DNA of 64,000 nucleotides, from NCBI GenBank assembly GCA_052327205.1, contig CM126208.1:164300001-164364000 (forward strand). Reading direction: 5' to 3'. Origin of the DNA: Somniosus microcephalus. Taxonomy: Eukaryota. Both the position numbers and the translations under genes were made by a program. Under the pieces are notes generated by a model. That model was not told the DNA's origin. It did no database searches and worked only from the letters and a program-made list of their open reading frames with translations. Positions 47,025-59,952 of this stretch are shown piece by piece. Numbering within the stretch: the first letter of the stretch is position 1; the number at the start of each line of letters is the position of its first letter.

Positions 47025-50000
47025 TAGTGCTCTGGGGGAGGGTTTAAACTAAAATGGCAGGGGTTTGGGAACCTGAGCAGGGGGACAGAGGAAAGGGAAA
47101 CAAGGATAAAAGCAAAAGATAGGAAGGAGAAAAACAAAAGTGGCAGTCAGAGAAATCAATGGCTTAAATCAAACATGGCCACAGTAAATAATAATTCTAA
47201 TAGGTCTAAGAGCATTAAAAAAACAAGTCTGAAGGCTTTGTGTCTTAATGCGAGGAGCATTCGTAATAAGGTGGATGAATTAGCTGCACAAATAGAGGTA
47301 AACAAATATGATTTGATTGGGATTCCGGAAACATGGCTGCAGGGTGGCCAAGGCTGGGAACTCAACATCCAGGGGTATTCAATATTCAGGAAAGATAGGC
47401 AAAAAGGAAAGGGAGGTGGGGTAGCATGGCTGGTTAAAGAAGGGATTAACAAAATTGTAAGGAAGGATATTAGCTCTGATGATGTGGAATCTGTATGGGT
47501 AGAACTAAGAAATACCAAGGGGCAGAAAACGTTAGTGGGAGTGGTATATAGACCTCCAAACAGTAATGTGGAGGTTGGGGATGGCATTAAAAGGGAAATT
47601 AGAGAAGCGTGCAATAAGGGCACAGCAGTCATCATGGGTGACTTTAATATAGATTGGGCTAACCAAATTAGTAATAATACTGTGGAGGAGGAATTCCTGG
47701 AGTGCTTAAGGGATGGTTTCCTGGACCAATATGTCGAGGAACCAACCAAAGATCAGGCCATCTTAGACTGGGTATTATGTAACGAGAAAGGATTAATTAG
47801 TAATCTTGTTGTATGAGGCCCCTTGGGTCAGAGCGATCATAATATGATCGAATTCTTCATTAAGATGGAGAATGAAGTAGTCGACTCAGCGACTAGGGTC
47901 CTAAATTTAAATAAAGGAAACTACGAAGGTCTGAGGCGCGGGTTGGGTAGGATTGATTGGGGAATGTCACTCAAAGGGTTGACGGTGGATAGGCAATGGC
48001 AAACATTCAAAGACCGCATGGATGAACTACAGAATTTGTTCATCCCATTTTGGCATAAAAATAAAACAAAAAAGGTGACTCAACTGTGGCTAACAAGGGA
48101 ATTTAGGGATAGCATAAGATCCAAGGAGAGGACATATAAATTGGCCAGAAAAAGCAGTAGACCTGAGGATTGGGAGCAGTTTAGGATTCAACAAAGGAGG
48201 ACAAGGGATTAATTAAGAAAGGGAAAATAGAATGAGAGTAAGCTTTCAGGGAACATAAAAACTGACTGTAAAAGCTTTTATAGATATGTGAAGAGAAAAA
48301 GATTGGTGAAGTCAAGCGTAGGTCCCTTGCAGTCAGAATCAGGGGAAATTATATAAAAAATATAAAAAATAAAATTATAAAACAAAGAAATGGCAGACCA
48401 ATTAAATATGTATTTTGGTTCTGTCTTCACAAAGGAGGACACAAATAACCTCCCAGAGATGTCAGGGAACATAGGGTCTGATGAAAGGGAGGAACTGAAA
48501 GAAATCAGTATTTGTAGGGAAATGGTGTTAGGGAAATTGATGGGATTAAAGGCCGATAAATCCCCAGGGCCTGATAATCTACATCCTAGGGTACTTAAGG
48601 AAGTGGCCCTAGAAATAGTTGATGCTTTGCTGATCATCTTCCAGCATTCGATGGAATCTGGAACAGTACCCATGGATTGGAGGGTAGCTAATGTTACCCC
48701 ACTATTCAAAAAAGGTGGTAGAGAGAAAATGAGGAATTACAGACTGGTAAGCCTGACATCGGTAGTGGGGAAAATGCTAGAGTCCATTATAAAAGATGTA
48801 ATAGCAGAGCACTTGGAAAACAGTGACAGGATCGGATAAAGTCACCATGGATTTACAAAAGGTAAATCGTGCTTGACTAATCTACTGGAATTTTTTGAGG
48901 ATGTAACTGGTAAAATAGATAAGGGAGAACCAGTGGATGTGGTGTATTTGGACTTTCAGAAGGCTTTCGATAAGGTCCCGCATAAGAGATTAGCGTGTAA
49001 AGGTAAGGCACATGGGATTGGGGGCAAGGTATTGACTTGGATAGAGAACTGGTTGGCAGACAGAAAGCAAAGAGTTGGAATAAACGGGTCTTTTTCCGAG
49101 TGGCAGGCAGTGATTAGTGGGGTACCGCAGGGATCGGTCCTTGGACCCCAGCTATTCACAATATATATTAATGATCTGGACGAGGGAACTAGATGTAATA
49201 TCTCCAAGTTTGCAGACGACACAAAGCTGGGTGGGCGTGTGTGCTGTGAGGAGGATGCCGAGTAACTCCAGGATGATTTGGACAGGTTGGGTGATTGGGC
49301 AAAAGCATGACAGATGCAGTATAACATGGATAAATGTGAGGTTATCCACTTTGGTGGCAAAAACAGGAAGGCAGATTATTATCTGAATGGCAATAGATTG
49401 AGAGAAGGGGAAGTGCAACGAGACCTGGGTGTCCTTGTGCACCAGTCGCTGAAGGTAAGCATGCAGGTGCAGCAGGCGGTTAAGAAGGCAAATGGCATGT
49501 TGGACTTCGTAGCGAGAGGGTTTGAGTACAGGAACAAGGATGTCTTGCTGCAGTTATACAGGGCCTTGGTGAGACCACACCTTGAGTATTGTGTGCAGTT
49601 TTGGTCGCCTTATCTGAGGAAGGGTGTTCTTGCCATGGAAGGAGTTCAGTGAAGATTCACCAGGCTGATACCTGGGATGGCAGGAATGACGTATGGGGAG
49701 AAATTGGGTCGATTGGGCTTGTACTCGCTGGAGTTTAGAAGAATGAGAGGGGATCTCATTGAAACTTATAAAATTCTGACAGGACTGGACAGACTAGATG
49801 CAGGAAGGATGTTCCCGATGGTCGGGGAGTCCAGAACAAGGGGTCACAGTCTAAGGATAAGGGGTAGGCCATTTAGGACAGAAATGAGGAGGAATTTCTT
49901 CACCCAGAGAGTGCTGAACCTGTGGAATTCTCTACCGCAGAAGGCAGTAGAGGCCAATACATAAATATATTCAAGAAGAAGTTGGATATATTTCTTAAGG

Positions 50001-50150
50001 CTAAAGGGATCAAGGGGTATGGGGAGAAAGCAGGGACCGGGTACTGAATTTGGATGATCAACCATGATCGCATTGAATGGCAGAGCAGGCTCGAGGGGCC
50101 GAATGGCCTACTCCTGCTCCTATCTTCTATGTTTCTATGTTTCTATGTTT
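47025..50150 (+). mobile_element. CR1 LINE with nearly complete but disrupted ORF2 (APE endonuclease + RT)
   Basis: LCLNARSIRNK, MGDFN, SDHN, KFADD; several stops; (TTCTATGT)n tail; TTTCTCAC at both junctions (47017-47024, 50148-50155). Confidence 0.95.
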
Positions 50151-51109
50151 CTCACATAATATTTTAGAAATGTCTCATGTCATTAAACTAATGCCTTTAT
50201 TTAACAAGCTCTTTTTAATGTTCCTTTCGATAGGGTGCTAATTAAAATAAGCTGAACAGCTCTGTGGGAGAGCAGGGGAGGGGAGGTATCTAAACTAAGA
50301 AATGAAATTTGGAATCTGTTCTAGCATGAAGAACAACACACAACATGCCTGTTATATCTGAAATGTCATTTTGTGAACGCTTTGAAGTTACATTGCTTTG
50401 ATAGTAGCATGGCAAAGAATTCTGTAAGGGGTGAAACCTATAAATAGATTGGAGTACAAACACTAGCCTTATCATCAGCTTTTAAGATCCAACGAATTAT
50501 GCTTGGAATTAAATGGCTGAACAATCATGCTAGCAACATTGCAACCATAATTTTTGGTATTACATTATTGCTGGAATATTATTAGCTTGTTATAATTTAT
50601 TTCTCTTTTCTAATCTTCTCTCTTTAGGTATTTGTTGAGTAACTAGGTGACCTGTTCCCAGGTCACTGTCAAATACCTCTTGAGCTGATTTCTGGTTGCC
50701 CTAGGGTTTCCCCACTCCCCAAAGTGACTCATCTTCAGATTTTCCCTATGGAGGAGTACTTGATCACTGCTTTGTGTTGTTTCTTAATGATATGGCTGAG
50801 ATTGGCAACTTTCCATGTGGGGAATCACATCTGTGAACCAACATCCTACCTCATGTGGCTCGTGTGTTCGGTAGTGTCAGACCACAAGAACAGAATAATG
50901 CAGGCGACTGCAAGATACCTCCGCAGTAGCCATGATGCCCTCTTGCCCCAATTCTCTGTGCAAGGACTATTTTTAAGAAGCAGGTAGATGGAACAGATGG
51001 CCGCTGGGAGATCTAAGTTATATGTTGGAATCCTGGCTACTAGCACCAGTCAGGAACTGCCCCCCCTCCCACCCCACCCCCACACTGAGACCAAAGGAAA
51101 ATACGACGG

Positions 51110-51330
51110 GGCTTGTGGTTGCACCTGAATTCTGGGGAAACATCCGATTCACATGTTGAGAGTCTACTGTCTGGACAGATCAGGTGAGGCCCTCCTGTAC
51201 AGCCCTGAGAAAGCCCTCAAGGTCATCCGTATCTGCTGTGTGTTGCAGCTTTGGTAGAGGAGGAGAAAGAAGAAAAGGAAGAGGAAGAGAAATGACTGAG
51301 GCTAGGAGGTATTAGTGCTTGATGTGATAA
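51110..51330 (+). pseudogene. Old Harbinger transposase C-terminal remnant
   Basis: Reads CLDRSGEALLYSPEK...ICCVL followed by a Glu-rich tract, as in 62316-63443. Confidence 0.55.
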
Positions 51331-52709
51331 AAGTAGCACTTGAGCCCCTCCATTAATGGTCTTCATAGAAATGATTTTTTCATACAAATTTATGGCACAG
51401 AAGGAGGCCATTCGGTCCATCATGTCTTGTAGTCCTCTTCATCGTGTCTTGTAGTCCTCTTCATCCTACACTAGCCCCTATTCCAACATGTTGCGCCTAA
51501 TCCCCCAGCTTGACTTCCATCCTTACATGTTTGTCCTCAATATTAACATTCATAAGTTCTTTCTGACACAAAAATCTTCACAACACATTCCAAATAAGGT
51601 GGACCCAGTTTATTTCCTTGCTGTAGAAGTATGTCCCTTCTTCAGTTGTTTGCTGCCTCTTCTGTAATCCTCTAAAGCAGCCAGCTGGGAGGTGCAGATG
51701 GGTTATCTTTCTGAGAGGTTAAGTCCTCATCTGTCTCTCTTCCTACCATGTCCCAGCTACTAGATGCCCCTTGCAGATGACTGGAGATCTGTGTGACTAT
51801 TGACTGCCACTAAGGAGCATGAAGCCTGCCATCAAAGTCCACTCAATCCAATCCTTTAGCCTCTCATAGCCAGAATCGTTTAGCTCCTCTAAGCTGGAGC
51901 CCAAATTTTTGATAGCGGCAGAAGCAACATTGGTGAGCAAAACTGCAAATGCTCTCTGTCCTCTGGGGCTCCCCTTCAGATTGCGCTGGAGTTGCCTTTT
52001 GATCCGCCGTGCGCTACAGGCTCCTGAAACCCTTTCACATAACTACATAGATGTCAGGCCAGCATTGTTACATATTCTCTGCCATTCCATGAAGGGAGCT
52101 CTTCTCAAAGGACCATATGAAGGGTTTCTGTTGATTAATCAGTTCTGCTCAGTGTACAGCCATGGAAAGTACGAATTAGTGGGTTCCACAGCTGCCTGTC
52201 TGTCGCTAACCCTCCACTTCTCTTTCACTTGTCAGTTGCCACCTCTACTTTCACCTCCTCACTGGTACACTGTGTTTAACCAGCTGCTCCCTCCAGACTC
52301 CTTCTATTTGATTCCTCTGATGTGGAGATACATGTACTCGTGCTTGTGGGGACTGGAGGACTTGATGGGAGCTGATATGATGGGGCTGCTGCCTGTTCCT
52401 TCCTGGTGGCAGCAGCACCTTCTCAGGACCCCCCTAAAGGTGTCAGCTTTGCTCAGTGCCCATATTTTTTTTTACCACCACCAGGGGAATTATTCTCTTT
52501 AAAATGATTAGTGAAGATATACATCTGGGAAGGGGAAGCGCTTGAACCTGGAATTCAAAAATTAATGACAAACGTTGACAGATGGCCTCATCTTAACAAG
52601 ACTCAAACATTATTGTTGGTTCTTTCCATTTAAATTTTCATAGGAGAGTACAGATCAGGGGAGAGAATAAAGAGTCCAAATGGAAATAAAGCATCTCGGC
52701 GTCAAAGAA

Positions 52710-52815
52710 GAATTCTGATGAAGGATCCGCACTTGAAACATTAACTCATCCGTTCTTTGCTCAGGTGCTGACTGACCTGCTGAGTGTTTCCAACGTTTTC
52801 TGCTTTTGTTTTGTC
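52710..52815 (+). mobile_element. Penelope pLTR-like fragment
   Basis: TTCTGATGAAGG...GAAACATTAACTC...TGACCTGCTGAG similar to 23687-23800. Confidence 0.6.
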
Positions 52816-52978
52816 TCAGCCTCAAATCTGCTTTCACTAAACTGCACTATTTTAGTGAAAGCTGGTCTTTAAGTTAATGACAATCCCTTTATGAAATATG
52901 CTAAAATTGGTGGGCTGCTGAGTTCAAAACTGTGGCATGCGCAGGGATGCTGCTGAACAAAAAATGATGGAAGAAAGT

Positions 52979-53120
52979 ATTTGCATTTATATAGTATTTT
53001 TCACAACCTCAGGACTGCAATGGAGTGTCGGCCTAGTCTTTGTGCTGAAATTGCTGGAATGAGACCTGAACCCACAACCTTCTGACCCAGAGGCAAGAGT
53101 TCTACCAACTGACCACGGCT
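52979..53120 (-). mobile_element. tRNA-derived SINE, internally deleted
   Basis: Minus strand has A/B-box-like head (GTCAGTTGGTAG...GGTTCAGGTC) and the TATATAAATGCAA tail seen near 31200. Confidence 0.55.
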
Positions 53121-53619
53121 TTGGATAATCGCAATTGATGAACATGGACTCATAATACAAAATTGCTGATAATTCAGCATAAATTGGAACTACCTGTATT
53201 TCCTTCAATTCTGTTTCTTGTTTTTGATAATGCCATAGAGAATGGAGAAAGTAAAGATGAGAGAGAGCAGAAAGGAATAAGAGTATGAGGCAATGAAGCA
53301 AAAAAATAGACAATTTAGAGCTATGGACAGAGAGAAAGACTGGCAATAAAGAGAAAAATAAGATAAAAAAGGTCTAAGGAAATATTCAATATAGTAAAAT
53401 AAAATGTATACAAAACAGAAAAGCAGAGAATTATGGAACATGAGGGATAGTTACAGAAAGAAAGAGGCATTATATTTTTTTAAACTGATTGCCCATCTCC
53501 GTGGCTCAATGGGAGATGAACTAGTTGGGATTAAAAAATTAATTGAGCTCCAAAGGAAGATTAGTGTGTGAAATAAAAAATTCACACTCCTGAGTGCCAT
53601 ACCAAAGTTAGGGTTTACT

Positions 53620-53975
53620 CTGGCTGCCACCTTCTATAAACTACAGCTCATCCAAAACGTTGTTGTGTATGTCTTACCCTTCGCTCAGCACACCTGTCCT
53701 CTCTCACATACAGTGGCTCTTGGCTCCCCAATGCCTCTAATTTAAATTTCTCACCTTTGTGCTTAAATCCCTCCCTGGCCTTGCTCCTTCCTTTCTATGT
53801 AACCTCCTCCAGTCCTATAATCCCTGACATACTCTCCATCCCTCTGAATTTAGCCTCTTGTGTGTCCTCTCCTCTCTTTGGATTATCATTGGTGCCCATA
53901 TCTTCAGCTGCCTAGGTCCCATGCTCTGGAACTCCTTCCCTAAACCCCTCTGCCTCGCCACATCTTTCTCCACCA
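53620..53975 (+). mobile_element. L2-clade LINE 3' remnant
   Basis: Degenerate KLQLIQN...WL...FKFL...LPGLAP...LLQ pattern of L2 ORF2 C-termini. Confidence 0.6.
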
Positions 53976-55599
53976 AAGTTATAGTGGCAGAGTGAGAAAA
54001 GCCCCAATGAAATTCTCGGAGATTACCTCTTACATGTCATAAACATCCCTACTGTTATAAAATTGTGAATCTTACAATTTACCATTAGCAACGGCATAGT
54101 AGATCTGCTAGTCATATTAAAATAAAGTTCTTGCATATTTTCTGCAAGAGCACACTGTGACAAAAATGAAGTACTTTTGTCTTTGTTATTGATTTGTTTA
54201 TCTATTGGACTCTTTATTGTTAGCCACAGTACACACACAGGGTTATGGTAAATTATGGCTATGTTTCTGCAAGCTATAGAGAATATACAATACAGTCTGG
54301 CTAATATTCACACCTGAGGGCAACTACATGCATAGTTCAGGTGGACTCAGTATGCATGATTTCATTGCTCACATTGTACCTAGACGGGGATTTGTCTAAC
54401 AGATCATTTGAAGTGTTTGGTGTTAAATTAATCCAACCTATTTAATTCTAAATACCCTATATGATTGATGTCCTGGGGTAGTGGTTTTGATTGACAGTTG
54501 TATCCGAGTCGGGTCTGTCTAAAGGTCAGGACAATGATTTTTTGTAGTCCCTTTGACGAACAACTCAATGACCAGGAGCTTCCAATTGTGGGCTTATATC
54601 TGACAGGCTGCATTCAGCTCACAACAATCAGCAACTCTGTCTTAAGATTTTGCCATGTAAGAAGTGAGTTATTTTATTTCAAAGATCCATTTTATGAGTG
54701 GTAGAGCAGGAGAAATATCTTTGTTGTTTTGACATTTTTTAAGTGAATAGCAAAGGTTGAAATTACTGTTAAATACATTTCTCTGCTGGTAGATAGCCTG
54801 GGCTACAGTCTGATAGAATGTATATTCATCCACCTACTGAAGTCAAGGAGATCTCGTGTTTTCAGATTAGATGTTTTCCAGTAAGTTGGAGTATAGTGCC
54901 AAAAGTTATCTGTTCAAACCTTAGGTTTCACTACATTTACCTGGACAGGAAAAAGCATATTCCGATTTTCTTGCTAGATCTGCTTACAGGTGATTTTGAA
55001 CCCAAGGAGAATATCTAGCATGAAAATCAAAAAAATTATGTTTTTAATATTAATATTCATTATTATGTTAAAATAAAGCTCTTCCACATTTACCACAACA
55101 GCAGTTTAGGTTATGGAAAAGGCCAGATGGAAGATCTCAGACCACACTAATGAAGTGGGGATTTGGCGAAAGGAATCCCTGCTTGATTTCCTGGCTCTCA
55201 GATGCACATTCCATACAGATAACGCCAAGCCTATCAGTCAAAAGTATACCCCAATAGTTTAATCCATGGCCATTTCGCAATGATCAGTTTAGCAATCATG
55301 TGCCTTTAATTTGTTACTAAATGAAGAGACGTTGAAAAATATACTTCAGTGGGGCAGGCAACAATTGGAGCAAAGCCATAAAGGTTTTGTTATGTGACCT
55401 CTGACTTACACAGGATGTGACCCTGAATATGACATGCTATGAATTCATTGCTTGTGCATTGTAAATTGATGACCCATTTTGGAAAGAGAATCAGTCTCAG
55501 TGAGTGCACTGATGACAGTTAAGGCCAATGTGAGAGATCAAGCTCTCTTGCATGTTTCACAGACCAAAACAGCTTGTCTGAGGTCAACAGGCTGCTGCT

Positions 55600-56400
55600 G
55601 TTCACATTTTTGTCATTGCTGCTGCTTATCAAGACTTTGATATATTAGTACTCATACTGGCTGACACCGCCATGTGTCACTGCTCGCCAGCCATCAACAT
55701 TGATATTATATAGCTCGAGGTGGTGGTTGAGCATGTTTATGTATTTCATTCGATGCCCACCAGGCTTCTGTTAGCCATGTTCCAGCTGTGAAACAGGACC
55801 AACTTTGACATTCTGGAGCTTTCCATATGGCTGACATGTCTTGACCAGCTCTTATCAGCATGGCCTCAACAGCATTGGTCTCGGTGCACTCAAGGATCTC
55901 GCAGTTGACAATATTGTCCTGCCACTTGATGTGCATGATGAACCTCAGGAGTTTGAGGTAGAATTTGTCAAACTGCCAAATATGATGACAGTATACTGTC
56001 CACTATCCACAATCTTGCAGAAGGATGATGATGTCAACAGCACTGTACACTTTCACCTTTGTTGTGAGGATGATCCCATACTGCTTTCAGTTTTTCAAAT
56101 GCAGACCTGGCTTTTCTGATACAACAGAACACATTAGTGCATCATCTGACAACATGCTACCCATATGAGTGAACCAGTTGACAACACTTAGTTCAGTATT
56201 ACCAGTGGCGATAGTTGGTATGATGCAGTGCTGTCCTGGGGTTTGCTGATACATAACCTCTGCATTCTCCAGGCTTACAATAAAGCCATAGTTATTCGCT
56301 GTTGGAAACCAGTTGGCAATGAGCTGCTGATCCGATATATGCCCTAGAGAAAAATCATCTGCAAAAAAACTTATACATTGGTATAGAATAAATGCATACA
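55600..56400 (-). mobile_element. RTE-clade LINE remnant
   Basis: FADD...YGF.VSL...EVMYQ..PG (56087-56431) and IKWQDNIVNCEIL...EAMLIRA (55706-55936). Confidence 0.7.
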
Positions 56401-57419
56401 ATGGATGGCTTTCTTTTCCATAACATTTCACATCAGAAGGTGGTGATTTGGCAATGCTAGTCTGACAGCAAGTTTCAATTTGAATCCAATTTATTGCACA
56501 TTTATTCTGAATTCTGAACTTTCACTGTTTAATTGCAAAAATTATCTTAAAACTGTTGTTTCCTGAAAACTGAACTGAATTAACACTTTTAAAAGTTGCA
56601 ACTTTTACCTTGTTTACTGAACAAAATTTACATTGGAGATGTAAATAAATTAAGACAAATCTATTGATAATTTTGTGCAGCAAACTAGAGAAGTGCTGGG
56701 TTGAAGTTTCTGTGAACACTATTTTTAGCAAACTGATTAAAGCCTTCATGTCGAGTTCCTGTGTGCACTAAGTTAACAAAGTTGTGAACTCCGCCACAGA
56801 GGAATTTCGACTCCCAAGCCTCCAAAATAGCCTGAACCAAATTTAATGGGAGGTGTGCGAAGAGACCAGTTCGTTGCCAAGTGGAGAAAACAGCTCCGGT
56901 AGCACTTTTCTCAGAAGCTGAAAAGGTTGACATCGGACGATTCTACTGCTAAATAGTGACGGTAGAGTTCGATGCTGATATTGAGTGGGCTTCTGCCGAA
57001 GTTGTGACGGCGGAGCGGGAGCAGCTTCAACGAAGTTGCCGATCCCAAAGAAATGGCAAACTGTCACCAGCGGGCATAGTGCGATCATTTTGATGAATGA
57101 TTTAAGCACCGTCCAGCTAGTAGTTGGTTATTTTGAGACATCACTTGGATCTGGGCACAGGCCAGAAAACCAGGAGCTGACAGAAGATGTGCTCCGATCT
57201 GGTTGCACAATTAGGCACTGAGATCAACTAGCTCTTTGCTCCTGCTAACTAAGATGGAATAGGAAAAGCAATGGCAACTCTCCAAAAGTATCTAGTCGGA
57301 AGGAAGCTGTTTTCAAAAATGCAAATCAAGTCCTGGAATATTTCTGAAAGATGTTTGGTTATCGGCTTAATTTTGCTATGTTGCTATGTTGTTATGCTAA
57401 CATTGCTATGTTAGCAAAA

Positions 57420-57635
57420 TTGGGACTCCACTTCCCCATGTCTTAAAATTAGAGCCAAACCATTCAGAAGCGAAATTAGGAAGCACTTTTTCACACAAAG
57501 GGTAGTAAAATCTGGAATTCACACCCTTAAAAAGTTGTGGATTCTAGGACAATTGAAGCATTCAAGACTGAGAAGAAGAGATTTTTGTTATAAGGGTATA
57601 AAGGGATATGGAGCAAAGGTGGGAACATGGAGTTG
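57420..57635 (+). mobile_element. CR1 3' fragment
   Basis: KPFRSEIRKHFFTQRVVKSG-like reading, tail-to-tail with the next CR1. Confidence 0.65.
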
Positions 57636-58076
57636 AACATAAGCACATAAGAAATAGGACCAGGAGTCGGCCATTCGGCCCCTCGAGCCTGCTCCCCCAT
57701 TCAATAAGATCATGGCTGATCTTCAACCACAACTCCACCTTCCAGCACTATCCCCATATCCCTAGAGTCCAAAAGTCTATCGCTCTCTGTCTTGAATATA
57801 CTCAAAGACTGAGCCTCCACAGCCCTCTGTGGCAGAGAATTCCAAAGGTTCACAACTCTCTGAGTGAAGACATTCCTCCCCATCTCAGTCTTAAATGGCT
57901 GACCCCTTATCCTGAGACTATGCCCCCTAGTTCTAGATGCTCCAGCCAAGGGAAACAGCCTCTCAGCATCTACCCTGTCAATCCCCCTCAGAATCTTGTA
58001 TGTTTCAATGAGATCATCTCTCATTCTTCTAAATTTTAGAGAGTATAGGCCCAAATTACTCAATCTCTCCTCATAG

Positions 58077-59300
58077 AACATAGAAACATAGAAGATAGGA
58101 GCAGGAGTAGGCCATTCGGCCCTTCGAGCCTGCTCCGCCATTCAATGAGATCATGGCTGATCATCCAAATTCAGTACCCTGTCCCTGCCTTCTCCCAATA
58201 TCCCTTGATCCCTTTAGCCTCAAGAAATATATCCAACTCTTTCTTGAATATATTTAATGAACTGGCCTCCACCGCCCTCTGTGGCAGAGAATTCCACAGG
58301 TTCACCACTCTCTGGGTGAAGAAATTCCTCCTAATTTCAGTCCTAAATGGCTTACCCCTTATCCTTAGGCTATGACCCCTGGTTCTGGACTCCCCGGCCA
58401 TCAGAAACATCCTTTCTGCATCTAGTCTGTCCAGACCTGACAGAATTTTATAGGTTTCGATGAGATCCCCTCTCAATCTTCTAAACTCCAGTGAGTATAA
58501 GCCCAATCGACACAATCTCTCCTCGTACGTCATTCCTGCCATCCCAGGTATCAGCCTGGTGAATCTTCGCTGCACTCCCTCCATGGCAAGAACGTCCTTC
58601 CTCAGGTAAGGTGACCAAAACTGCACACAATACTCAAGGTGCGGTCTCACCAAGGCCCTGTACAACTGCAGCAAGACATCCTTGTTCTTGTACTCGAACC
58701 CTCTTGCTACGAAGGCCAACATGCCATTTGCCTTCTTAACCGCCTGCTGCACCTGCATGCTTACCTTCAGCGACTGGTGCACAATAACACCCAGGTCTCT
58801 TTGCACTTCCCCTTCTCCCAATCTATTGCCATTCAAATAATAATCTGCCTTCCTGTTTTTGCCACCAAAGTGGATAACCTCACATTTATCCACATTATAG
58901 TGCATATGCCATGTTTCTGCCCAATCACCCAACCTGTCCAAATCGTACTGGAGTTTCACGACATCCTCCTCACAGCTTACCCTCCCACCCAGCTTTGTGT
59001 TGTCTGCAAATTTGGAGATATTACATCCAATTCCCTCGTCCAGATCATTAATATATATTGTGAACAGCTGGGGTCCTAGGACCGACCCTTGCAGTACCCC
59101 ACTAGTCACTGCCTGCCACTCGGAAAACGACCCGTTTATTCCAACTCTTTGCTTTCTGTCCGCCAACCAGTTCTCTATCCAAGTCAATACCTTGCCCCCA
59201 ATCCCATGTGCCTTAATTTTGCATGCTAATCTCTTATGTGGGACCTTATCGAAAGCCTTCTGAAAGTCCAAATACACCACATCCACTGGTTCTCCCTTAT
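58077..59300 (-). mobile_element. CR1 LINE, 5'-truncated, RT end in one open frame
   Basis: ORF 58171-59286 (371 aa), close to the copy at 48930-50150; (CATAGAAA)n tail on the plus strand. Confidence 0.95.
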
Positions 59301-59952
59301 CACCCTCTCACCCAGGAATCAATCTAGTGAACCTTCGTTACACCCCCTCTAAGGCAAGTATATCCTTCCTCAAGTACAGAGACGAAAATTGTACACAATA
59401 CTCCAGGTGTGGTCTCACCAAAGACCTGTACAATTGCAGCAAGACTTCCGTACTCCAAACCACTTGCAATAAAGGCCAACATACCATTTGCCTTCCTAAT
59501 TGCTTGCTGTACCTGCATGTTAACTTCCTGTATTTCATGTACAAGACATCCAAATCTCTCTGAACACTAACATTTAATAGTTTCTCACCATTTAAAAGAT
59601 AATGGCCTAGAAATTCAGTATAGCCACGTTTGGGGCGCTACAGCCAGGCGGCCGCTAAAGTTTGCGCCCGGCGCAACTTAGCGCCACCTTCGCCGATATT
59701 CAGTGGCATCGCCCCAAGAGGTTGCTGCTGCGCTAAAACAGGCGATGCACGACTATCATTAGGCGCTAAGCCGGCGGTCCGGGGTGATACCCCCGAGGGC
59801 GGGCGCAGCGCAGGTGCGGTGAGTTGCTGATTGAAGGCAGACACTCTGGCGCCGGTCAGCTCGTAAAGGGGGAGGGTGGATTTGTTTGGCTGCCATGCCC
59901 TGCACACTGCAGCCCTGAAGCAAGGCCTGACCACTGCTGCTTGATCTGTACA

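Noticed and set aside
48348-48382. A/T-rich insertion in a CR1 ORF2
   Set aside because: Looks like local slippage of AAATTATA; no independent element features
51909-52502. 197-aa ORF as a host gene
   Set aside because: TTG start, no recognisable domain; lies next to a decayed Harbinger remnant and is probably its antisense sequence
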